DNA of 13,576 bases, the filler included, from Candidatus Woesearchaeota archaeon (GTDB taxonomy: Archaea; Nanobdellota; Nanobdellia; Pacearchaeales; UBA284): the NCBI GenBank assembly GCA_964354405.1. It is 11 parts of 11 records of this genome, joined end to end, with 100 filler letters (N's around TTAATTAATTAA, not from the genome) between each part and the next. Parts side by side here need not be neighbours in the genome. Positions count along the whole stretch, not along the records: positions 1 to 1,246 come from CAYGZP010000041.1; positions 1,347 to 2,554 come from CAYGZP010000042.1; positions 2,655 to 3,862 come from CAYGZP010000043.1; positions 3,963 to 5,161 come from CAYGZP010000044.1; positions 5,262 to 6,441 come from CAYGZP010000045.1; positions 6,542 to 7,647 come from CAYGZP010000046.1; 5 more parts are not named here. One strand, given 5' to 3'. The translations under genes and the position numbers were made by a program. This document shows positions 1 to 7,042 of the stretch, in pieces. Under the pieces are notes generated by a model. That model searched no databases. It saw only the letters and a list, made by a program, of their open reading frames with translations, and had not been told where the DNA came from. Positions within the stretch are counted from its first letter, which is position 1. Every line of letters starts with the position of its first letter.

Positions 1-21
1 TTGTTGCATTGCTGTTTTCAT
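1..21 (-). CDS. 5' end of a small phage hypothetical protein (MKTAMQQ..., runs off the window)
   Basis: ATG at 21-19, 11 nt after the HNH stop and on the same strand. Only 7 codons are visible. Confidence 0.45.
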
Positions 22-32
22 TAGAATAAACT

Positions 33-722
33 TTAATTAATTAATTTTGCTGTTACTTTATTCTTTGTAAGACTTTTAACTCTATGTTTACCATTAACAA
101 GTGCTGAAAGGTTACCATGTTGAACTCCTAAATAAGTTGCGGCATCTCTTAATTTATCAAAGACACCTATACTTTTACCATCCTTATCAAAAAGTTCTAC
201 ACGTTTACCCTTAGACTTAAGTTTATCAATAGTAGTAGTTCCTCTGGAATAGTTGTTTTTCATGTTATCGCTTCTACTAACCCATTGTAAATTTTCTACT
301 CTGTTATCAGTTTTAATATTATTTATATGATCTACTTGAGTACAACCATTACATTGATTTAAAAAAGTTTTAGCAATAAAAACATGTACTAAACCTCTTT
401 TAATAGAGTTGTTAACTCTAAAGGCAATTTGAACATATCCAGTAGGATTTCTAACTAAAGACATTAGTTTGAATCCATATCTAATAGATGCAATTCTTCC
501 CATGTTACTAGCTTGATATAGTCCCTCAAAGCCAGGAATATCTTTCCAAACTTCTTTAGATTCATCAAATACTACTTCAGGGGCTTCAGTATTCTTTTCT
601 TTAAAAAAATAGTCTGAGACTATCTCATCCACCATATCAGATAGAGACTTAGAACGTAGTTTTGCAGCTTCCTCAATCAGATTGTATGTTTGATCTTTAA
701 AATTTACATTAATTTGTTTCAT
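33..722 (-). CDS. Free-standing HNH homing endonuclease: N-terminal ribbon-helix-helix-like segment + NUMOD4 + HNH + C-terminal NUMOD1/IENR1-like HTH
   Basis: NUMOD4 motif EVWKDIPGFEGLYQASNMGRI. HNH motif VHVFIAKTFL...QVDHINNIKTDNRVENLQWVS. NUMOD1-like KRVELFDKDGKSIGVFDKLRDAATYLGV. ATG 722 is preferred because the TTG at 740 lies inside the promoter -7 element. Confidence 0.9.
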   Translation of the reverse strand: MKQINVNFKDQTYNLIEEAAKLRSKSLSDMVDEIVSDYFFKEKNTEAPEVVFDESKEVWKDIPGFEGLYQASNMGRIASIRYGFKLMSLVRNPTGYVQIAFRVNNSIKRGLVHVFIAKTFLNQCNGCTQVDHINNIKTDNRVENLQWVSRSDNMKNNYSRGTTTIDKLKSKGKRVELFDKDGKSIGVFDKLRDAATYLGVQHGNLSALVNGKHRVKSLTKNKVTAKLIN

Positions 723-737
723 AATAGTTATTTTATG

Positions 738-769
738 CAAATATATGTAATTTAAAACAAACTACCAAA
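738..769 (-). promoter_or_regulatory. Bacteroidota-type sigma70 promoter (-33 TTTG, 20-bp spacer, -7 TAnnTTTG) driving the HNH gene
   Basis: Minus strand reads TTTG (769-766), 20 nt, TATATTTG (745-738). This matches the established Bacteroidetes consensus. Confidence 0.75.
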
Positions 770-777
770 TCTTTTTT

Positions 778-1245
778 CTAAAAAAGAGAAAGCTGGTTAG
801 GGTTAACAATAATTTTACGCTTTCTGCCTGCAAATTGTATTTTGCTAATAATACGCTCAGCACGCTCTATATAATATGCATGATTGATGTTATCCAGAGG
901 ATGATCTGGTAATAGATGATTACATACTTTCATCACCCATTCACCTGCTTCCACTTGTGATACATCAACAGCTGTGCTATCTGAATTTTCATTCTTAACC
1001 TTCAATAACTTCTCTCCTGTATTACTTACATAATATCTGATAAGTTTATTGTAGACTGTTGTGTTTTCTTTCGAGTGACCTTCATAGTGAAAGTCTTTAC
1101 TAGCTTTCTGCCTGAGACAATAGTCATAAATATTTGTGTGATTACAAATAGTGGTAGCCACAGGCACGTCATTAACATAATAATGCTCCAATGCAATAGG
1201 TACAATCCTAGCACTCTTATTCTTGTGTAACTCAAAGTCAGTAAG
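778..1245 (-). CDS. C-terminal part of a phage DNA polymerase (family B-like, Bacteroidota/crAss-like phage type), 5'-truncated
   Basis: Frame is open to the contig edge: LTDFELHKNKSARIVPIALEHYYVNDVPVATTICNHTNIYDYCLRQK...RYYVSNTG...INHAYYIERAERII...QLSLF. The 'IN..YYI..A..II' tail and the terminal clamp motif are typical of PolB C-termini. Confidence 0.75.
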   Translation of the reverse strand, partial: LTDFELHKNKSARIVPIALEHYYVNDVPVATTICNHTNIYDYCLRQKASKDFHYEGHSKENTTVYNKLIRYYVSNTGEKLLKVKNENSDSTAVDVSQVEAGEWVMKVCNHLLPDHPLDNINHAYYIERAERIISKIQFAGRKRKIIVNPNQLSLF

Positions 1246-1246
1246 G

Positions 1247-1346
1247 NNNNNNNNNNNNNNNNNNNNNNNNNNNNNNNNNNNNNNNNNNNNTTAATTAATT
1301 AANNNNNNNNNNNNNNNNNNNNNNNNNNNNNNNNNNNNNNNNNNNN
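1247..1346. other. Artificial contig-joining spacer (44 N + TTAATTAATTAA + 44 N). Identical spacers at 2555-2654, 3863-3962, 5162-5261, 6442-6541, 7648-7747, 8846-8945, 10043-10142, 11230-11329 and 12408-12507
   Basis: Ten identical 100-bp blocks. The 12-mer places stops in all six frames. GC content and gene content change abruptly across the spacers. Confidence 0.99.
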
Positions 1347-1350
1347 GCGT

Positions 1351-2553
<1,203 letters not shown>

Positions 2554-2654
2554 TNNNNNNNNNNNNNNNNNNNNNNNNNNNNNNNNNNNNNNNNNNNNTT
2601 AATTAATTAANNNNNNNNNNNNNNNNNNNNNNNNNNNNNNNNNNNNNNNNNNNN

Positions 2655-2673
2655 CGGCGACCATCGCCGTTTT
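2655..2673 (+). terminator. Possible intrinsic terminator upstream of the F3 promoter
   Basis: CGGCGA-cca-TCGCCG followed by TTTT. It sits at the contig edge, so the stem may be truncated. Confidence 0.35.
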
Positions 2674-2766
2674 GTGCGCTGGAAGCGCACTAGCCGTAGA
2701 ACGTCAAACCGCCCGCGCTGGACCCCCGCGCCGAATCCGGCGATGCGGTCCAACCCAACTTCCCTC

Positions 2767-2802
2767 TTGACATGCCCCATGAATGAGGCTATCATGCCTC
2801 AT
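2767..2802 (+). promoter_or_regulatory. Near-consensus sigma70 promoter with a palindromic putative operator around the -10 box
   Basis: TTGACA (2767-2772), 17 bp, TATCAT (2790-2795). ATGAGGC (2783-2789) and GCCTCAT (2796-2802) are perfect inverted arms flanking the -10 hexamer. Confidence 0.75.
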
Positions 2803-3037
2803 GTTTGACAACCTCCAATTCATCCTCTGCCACAACTTCAAGCTCTACTTTCGCCGCTACGACGAGACCAAAGACGAGCTAGGCTTTGTCTTCCGCTGGA
2901 TCCTCCGCGCCGGCTGGTTCGAAGTCCGAGCCTGGCGCGACGACTTTCTCGAGTTCCTCGATGAAGCCCAAACCATGACCGCCGAACCCCCGGCAATCAT
3001 CACGCCGGCCACCGGCGACCAAACCGGAAAGGAGTAA
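2801..3037 (+). CDS. Hypothetical protein (78 aa), probably leaderless
   Basis: ATG lies 5 nt after the -10 box. Codons are C-ending as in neighbouring genes. The stop sits immediately after the next gene's SD (GAAAGGAG-TAA). Confidence 0.65.
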   Translation: MFDNLQFILCHNFKLYFRRYDETKDELGFVFRWILRAGWFEVRAWRDDFLEFLDEAQTMTAEPPAIITPATGDQTGKE

Positions 3038-3043
3038 CCCATC

Positions 3044-3424
3044 ATGCAACCCGCTATCCCCCGGGCTTGCAACGGCTCGAGCCTGAAATGTCTACACTGC
3101 GGCCACTCGCGCCCGCACATCTGCCGGAATCCCACCGACTCCTGCATCCAAGGAGACCAGCACAAACACCTCCGCGTCGCCGTCGAGTGCGAACCCATTC
3201 CGTCTGACTCCGAACTGGACAAGCTGACTTGCGCCGTCGAAGACGCCGAAGACCAGGTCGACGACGCCCAGTCGAAAGTCGACGAAGCCCAAGGGCAATG
3301 GGAGGAAGCCCAATACCAACTACAACAAGCCCGCGCGGCTCTCAAGCGCGCCCAAACCCTGGAATCCGCCCGAGACTACTGCAACGGCGACACCGCCGCG
3401 GTAAGTCTTTTGCCGGTAATCTGA
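3044..3424 (+). CDS. Hypothetical protein: Cys/His-rich putative Zn-binding N-terminus plus acidic coiled coil
   Basis: SD GAAAGGAG at 3027-3034. Cys/His pattern C-x6-CLHCGHSRPHIC-x5-C. Heptad region LDKLTCAVEDAEDQVDDAQSKVDEAQGQWEEAQYQLQQARAALKRA. Confidence 0.7.
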   Translation: MQPAIPRACNGSSLKCLHCGHSRPHICRNPTDSCIQGDQHKHLRVAVECEPIPSDSELDKLTCAVEDAEDQVDDAQSKVDEAQGQWEEAQYQLQQARAALKRAQTLESARDYCNGDTAAVSLLPVI

Positions 3425-3436
3425 AAGGAGTAACCC

Positions 3437-3814
3437 ATCAGAACCAACCAGCCCAAACCCTACAATATCACGTTCCGCGCCACGATTGAGTTTGACTGGC
3501 TGTGCCCTCATTGCAAGCAGGTCAACACCAGCTCTCGCCCGTCTCACACCGAGTACCTATCTGCCCGGTGCGGCAAGTGCCACTTCTGGACAACGCTTGA
3601 TTACCACCGCGTGACCGACGCGCCCCCGGCCGCTCTCGCCCTGGCTCGGACCGGCCTGGGCGAAACGTCGAGCGGTCGCAGGATCCACCGCAGCCCTACG
3701 ACCTACAGCGTAACCAAGCAGCACGTCCACCACGACCCCCAAGGCCCCCGTATCAGCACGACCTACACCCCCACCACCGGGATCCCCCGCAAATCCGCGC
3801 AGAATCTGCGCTGA
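3437..3814 (+). CDS. Zinc-ribbon protein (~125 aa) lacking a canonical start codon (ATC start, or a damaged ATG)
   Basis: After SD GAAAGGAG (3423-3430) and in-frame TAA (3431-3433) the frame reads (P)IRTNQPKPYNITFRATIEFDWLCPHCKQVNTSSRPSHTEYLSARCGKCHFWTTLDYHRV and continues into the listed 3611..3814 ORF. Confidence 0.6.
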   Translation: MRTNQPKPYNITFRATIEFDWLCPHCKQVNTSSRPSHTEYLSARCGKCHFWTTLDYHRVTDAPPAALALARTGLGETSSGRRIHRSPTTYSVTKQHVHHDPQGPRISTTYTPTTGIPRKSAQNLR

Positions 3815-3837
3815 CCACACGAAAGGAATCCCCAAAA

Positions 3838-3862
3838 ATGACTGACAAGCCCAACTCGGACC
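3838..3862 (+). CDS. 5' end of the next gene in the operon (MTDKPNSD...), truncated
   Basis: GAAAGGA at 3821-3827 precedes ATG 3838. Confidence 0.5.
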
Positions 3863-3978
3863 NNNNNNNNNNNNNNNNNNNNNNNNNNNNNNNNNNNNNN
3901 NNNNNNTTAATTAATTAANNNNNNNNNNNNNNNNNNNNNNNNNNNNNNNNNNNNNNNNNNNNGTTGTTTAGTGTGTGA

Positions 3979-4200
3979 TTGCTTGTTTTCTTCTGTTGTC
4001 TATTTTTGTTTTCTGTTCTCATGGTTGTTTCTATCCGGAACCCAGCGTACTGGGATGTCTTCTATCTTTTTCTTGGCTTTTCTTTGATGGTCAACCCTGT
4101 CTTGAACGTTTCTTTGACGTCTCCTCTTCTCGTCTCATCCGGTGGTGTAATGTTTTATGCTTCTTATGAGGCTGGGTTGACGTTGTCTAACAGCTGTTAA
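3979..4200 (+). CDS. Possible small membrane protein whose 3' part overlaps the transposase end
   Basis: Two hydrophobic stretches separated by SIRNPAYWD. The T-rich composition alone could also explain this. Confidence 0.25.
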   Translation: MLVFFCCLFLFSVLMVVSIRNPAYWDVFYLFLGFSLMVNPVLNVSLTSPLLVSSGGVMFYASYEAGLTLSNSC

Positions 4201-5100
4201 GGCCACGACTAGCATGGCTGAGAAGCTCAGGCAGGCGTGTATGAAAGCCTGTTCCAAGCCTTTAACCCTCAGGTGGTCTAGGAGCAGCCATTCTTTGGCT
4301 CTGCTGAACACCCTTTCAACGCTTACGCGCTTTCTGAAGAGTTTGACCAGACGCTTGACTCCGTGGACAACGAAGTCTTTTCCAACCTTTAAGGCGCGTT
4401 TAATCCTTGAACTTTTCCTGTATGGTATGACTGGCTCAGCGCCATACTCTCTTACCACGTTTCTAACCCTTGCTGAGTCGTACTGGGCGTCAGCCACAAC
4501 AGTTTTGAATCTGATGCCTAGGCCCTTCAGCTTCTCTAGTAGCTGCTTGATGAAGCGTTTCTCGTTCATGTTGCAGGGCTGAACTGTGAATGCTAAGGGC
4601 AGTTCACTGCTTGCGCAGCATGCTGTGTGCACCCTATAACCTAAAAGGAAGCCTCTTCTGCCTCTTCCCACACGAGCTTCACGGTCACTTTTCCCCGTTT
4701 TGTTGTCGAGACTTCTCTGGCTGTAGGCTTTGATGGCTGTGCTGTCCAAGGCGACGATTTCGCCTTCAACCGCTCCGTCCTTCAACAGTTGCTTCAGCAG
4801 CATAGAGAACACCTTCTCGTATCCATCCCTGCCAAGCCTATGTCTAAACTGCGTGAACAAGCCGTGACTCGGCGTCTTCCGCCTGAAGCCGCAAGCCCTA
4901 GCGGCTTTCCTATCCCTCTTCAGCAGCAGTGCAAGCCGTCGGTCACTTGGAACACGCCGCAGATGCTTCAGCAGCTGAGCCTTCAACATGGAAACAGGAT
5001 CATAAGGCTTACGTCCCCGCCCTTCTCGATGATAAAGAGACATCAAGAACCCGCGAATACACTCCAAATTCAACGAACCAAGCACTCGCTTAACACTCAA
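4135..5100 (-). CDS. DDE transposase, IS5/IS1182-like (IS4 superfamily; DUF772-like N-terminus + DDE_Tnp_1-like core), archaeal-type signals
   Basis: GRKPYDPVSMLK...SDRRL...PSHGLFTQFRHRLG. Catalytic motifs VALDST (D), VADAQYDS (D) and FRKRVSVERVFSRAK (E, YREK-like). Upstream TTTAAAAA box and GGTGA SD. Confidence 0.9.
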   Translation of the reverse strand: MSVKRVLGSLNLECIRGFLMSLYHREGRGRKPYDPVSMLKAQLLKHLRRVPSDRRLALLLKRDRKAARACGFRRKTPSHGLFTQFRHRLGRDGYEKVFSMLLKQLLKDGAVEGEIVALDSTAIKAYSQRSLDNKTGKSDREARVGRGRRGFLLGYRVHTACCASSELPLAFTVQPCNMNEKRFIKQLLEKLKGLGIRFKTVVADAQYDSARVRNVVREYGAEPVIPYRKSSRIKRALKVGKDFVVHGVKRLVKLFRKRVSVERVFSRAKEWLLLDHLRVKGLEQAFIHACLSFSAMLVVALTAVRQRQPSLIRSIKHYTTG

Positions 5101-5140
5101 AGCTTCTTCCTAACATAAGCTCACCTAAGCAACAAATTAA

Positions 5141-5148
5141 TTTTTAAA
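5141..5148 (-). promoter_or_regulatory. Putative archaeal TATA box for the transposase
   Basis: TTTAAAAA on the minus strand, 25-32 nt upstream of the GGTGA-preceded ATG at 5116. Confidence 0.4.
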
Positions 5149-5261
5149 CAGCCTAGCGCGCNNNNNNNNNNNNNNNNNNNNNNNNNNNNNNNNNNNNNNN
5201 NNNNNTTAATTAATTAANNNNNNNNNNNNNNNNNNNNNNNNNNNNNNNNNNNNNNNNNNNN

Positions 5262-5303
5262 ATCTTACACTCATCTTACACATCTTACACAAACATCTTA
5301 CAC
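5262..5303 (+). repeat. Four direct copies of ATCTTACAC
   Basis: Copies at 5262-5270, 5273-5281, 5282-5290 and 5295-5303. Confidence 0.95.
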
Positions 5304-5428
5304 AAGCCTGAGCTGGGTCGTCCCGTCTCAATCCCCAAAAACAAAATGTTAGTTAGAAGCAGGGAAAGGAGAGATGATTCCTATACATTCCAGAATATCA
5401 ACCTGTCCCCCGACTATATATAAAAATA

Positions 5429-5464
5429 GTTGTAATAAAGAATGAAACCATTTCTTATTACAAC
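5429..5464. other. AT-rich hairpin (possible giant-virus-type 3' processing/polyadenylation hairpin)
   Basis: GTTGTAATAA (5429-5438) pairs perfectly with TTATTACAAC (5455-5464). Inner stem AATG/CATT around a 4-nt loop. Confidence 0.6.
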
Positions 5465-5512
5465 CAGAGACACAAGCCTGCAGATTTATTGTTTGTATTC
5501 ATATACGGGAGC

Positions 5513-5520
5513 AAAATTGA
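5513..5520 (+). promoter_or_regulatory. Mimiviridae/Imitervirales-type early promoter octamer AAAATTGA
   Basis: Exact AAAATTGA ending 48 nt upstream of the GIY-YIG ATG. No bacterial SD before that ATG. Confidence 0.65.
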
Positions 5521-5568
5521 AAGCACCAAAACGGATTCATAAAACACAACCAAACCATAAAAAATAGT

Positions 5569-6018
5569 ATGCGAGACTTTTCAAAAGGAAAAATATACAT
5601 CATCCGTTCACACAAAACTGATGATGTATATATCGGTTCTACTACTCAGGAATTGTCGGTGCGTATGGCATTTCATAGATTTAATTCAAATACATCAACA
5701 TCAAAGGAATTAGTAGCTCATGGTGATGCGTATATTGAATTGTTAGAGTTGTATCCTTGTGCGAATGAACCAGAGCTACTTATAAGAGAGGGATTTCATA
5801 TTCAAGAAAATAGTAACTGTGTGAATAGATGTATTGCTGGTCGCACCAGAAAAGACACTCAAGCAGCCTACAGAGCATCACATATTGATGAAATTAAAGC
5901 CTATCAAGCAGCTAATTCTAATAAGATAAAAGCTTATCAAGCAGCATACAGAGCAGCAAATATTGATAAGAAAAAAGCCTACTATAGAGCATCAAAAGAA
6001 AAGCTTATAATAAATTAA
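5569..6018 (+). CDS. GIY-YIG endonuclease of giant-virus/virophage type with C-terminal helical repeats
   Basis: GKIYIIRS...VYIGSTTQELSVRMAFH...IELLELYPC...ELLIREGFHI...CVN. The tail has repeats of QAAYRA.xI..IKAY. Confidence 0.88.
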   Translation: MRDFSKGKIYIIRSHKTDDVYIGSTTQELSVRMAFHRFNSNTSTSKELVAHGDAYIELLELYPCANEPELLIREGFHIQENSNCVNRCIAGRTRKDTQAAYRASHIDEIKAYQAANSNKIKAYQAAYRAANIDKKKAYYRASKEKLIIN

Positions 6019-6439
6019 GGTCCTCAAGTTCCTCTTTGGCATTCTTGTTCAGCAAGGTTTCAAAGAACTCTGTTAGCTTTTCCATTTGAGTGATGAGTGT
6101 CTTTCGTCCTGCGGTTGTATTGGGTAGGCGTTCCATTCTGAGAATAGCCTCCAGCACAGAGGGTTCTTTTTTGACAGCAGACTTGAGAGTATAGATGTTC
6201 GCATACCTTGCTCTGAACTGGTCTATTTCGTAGCGTATCTTAGCAATAGGTATTTCGGCTTCATTTTCCAAGAGATAGAGTATCGTGTTAGCATCACTAA
6301 CGATAGAATACAAACGACCCAAGTCGCCATTAAGTAGTTCATTTAGTTTCTCTAACACAGTATTATTTTTCTGAAGCTTTGCTATTGAGAACATGCGCTT
6401 GGCTACTTTGAACCAGTTACCTTGTGAGCTATAGAAAGC
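6005..6439 (-). CDS. Helical hypothetical viral protein, C-terminal part (5'-truncated), convergent with and overlapping the GIY-YIG gene by 14 bp
   Basis: Frame is open to the contig edge: AFYSSQGNWFKVAKRMFSIAKLQ...LNGDLGRLYSIVSD... Confidence 0.7.
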   Translation of the reverse strand, partial: AFYSSQGNWFKVAKRMFSIAKLQKNNTVLEKLNELLNGDLGRLYSIVSDANTILYLLENEAEIPIAKIRYEIDQFRARYANIYTLKSAVKKEPSVLEAILRMERLPNTTAGRKTLITQMEKLTEFFETLLNKNAKEELEDLNLL

Positions 6440-6541
6440 AANNNNNNNNNNNNNNNNNNNNNNNNNNNNNNNNNNNNNNNNNNNNTTAATTAATTAANNN
6501 NNNNNNNNNNNNNNNNNNNNNNNNNNNNNNNNNNNNNNNNN

Positions 6542-6661
6542 CAAATTATAGAATACGATTACAATGGAGAAATGAGTATATCACAACCTACTTATTTCCA
6601 ATCTATAAAAATTTTAATTGATACCCTTAGATACGATTTAGCAGGTAGATTGATACGATAA
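6542..6661 (+). CDS. C-terminal end of a protein with Bacteroidota secreted-protein-like motifs (5'-truncated; not in the ORF track)
   Basis: Reads QIIEYDYNGEMSISQPTYFQSIKILIDTLRYDLAGRLIR, stop at 6659-6661, abutting the convergent holin-like gene. Confidence 0.5.
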   Translation, partial: QIIEYDYNGEMSISQPTYFQSIKILIDTLRYDLAGRLIR

Positions 6662-6663
6662 AG

Positions 6664-6858
6664 TTAAAGACCTCTCTTACGTTTGGTATTATTCTGTTTT
6701 CTTATCCATTCAATAAATTTAATTGCAGCAAAAAACATCGCAATTAAAGCTGCAATAAATTGAAATACAACAGTTGCTTCATGCAGAAAAGATAAAAGTA
6801 AGCTAATAAACATTATTACCCATCCTGTTATTCCTGTACCTTCATGATTCTGTTCCAT
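6664..6858 (-). CDS. Small two-TM membrane protein, putative holin
   Basis: Two hydrophobic helices and a strongly basic C-terminus (RKQNNTKRKRGL), located after the tail genes. Confidence 0.6.
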   Translation of the reverse strand: MEQNHEGTGITGWVIMFISLLLSFLHEATVVFQFIAALIAMFFAAIKFIEWIRKQNNTKRKRGL

Positions 6859-6871
6859 TTCTATAAATTTT

Positions 6872-7042
6872 CTAAAAGTTTATTATAAAAAAAACTGCCT
6901 CACTTGAATTCGCAAATGTAATGTTATTAATGGTGTACTGCTGAACGCTGACAAGTAAGATTCCCTCACTTGTTTCCAAATGGAAAGTAAGTTCATCTAC
7001 CACCTCGCAAAACTGCCCTTCTTGAATATCTATGTTTATCAT
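6872..7042 (-). CDS. 56-aa hypothetical protein coupled to the tail-fibre gene (not in the ORF track)
   Basis: ATGA overlap with the upstream stop. Translation MINIDIQEGQFCEVVDELTFHLETSEGILLVSVQQYTINNITFANSSEAVFFIINF. Confidence 0.65.
   Translation of the reverse strand: MINIDIQEGQFCEVVDELTFHLETSEGILLVSVQQYTINNITFANSSEAVFFIINF

Larger units (their letters stand above)
4135..5153 (-). mobile_element. Insertion sequence carrying the transposase; ends not firmly defined
   Basis: Single full-length transposase. No convincing terminal inverted repeats or target duplication seen. Confidence 0.6.

Noticed and set aside
33..44. TTAATTAATTAA without Ns at the HNH stop, as a leftover linker
   Set aside because: It has no flanking Ns, the context is very AT-rich, and a plausible next gene starts 11 nt later. 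Splitting here would give a 1202-bp contig that breaks the descending length order. Probably natural.
3422..3433. Stop-codon readthrough or recoding fusing 3044-3424 with the downstream zinc-ribbon frame
   Set aside because: Two different in-frame stops (TGA and TAA) intervene, both codons terminate other genes in this fragment, and a full SD lies between them.
2607..3835. Minus-strand ORFs in F3 and the + ORF 3229-3489
   Set aside because: The promoter, SD motifs and codon bias all support the + strand operon. One of these ORFs also runs into Ns.
4141..5153. Terminal inverted repeats GGTGGTGTAATG / GGCTGTTTAAAA for the IS
   Set aside because: Similarity is weak and no target-site duplication is visible.
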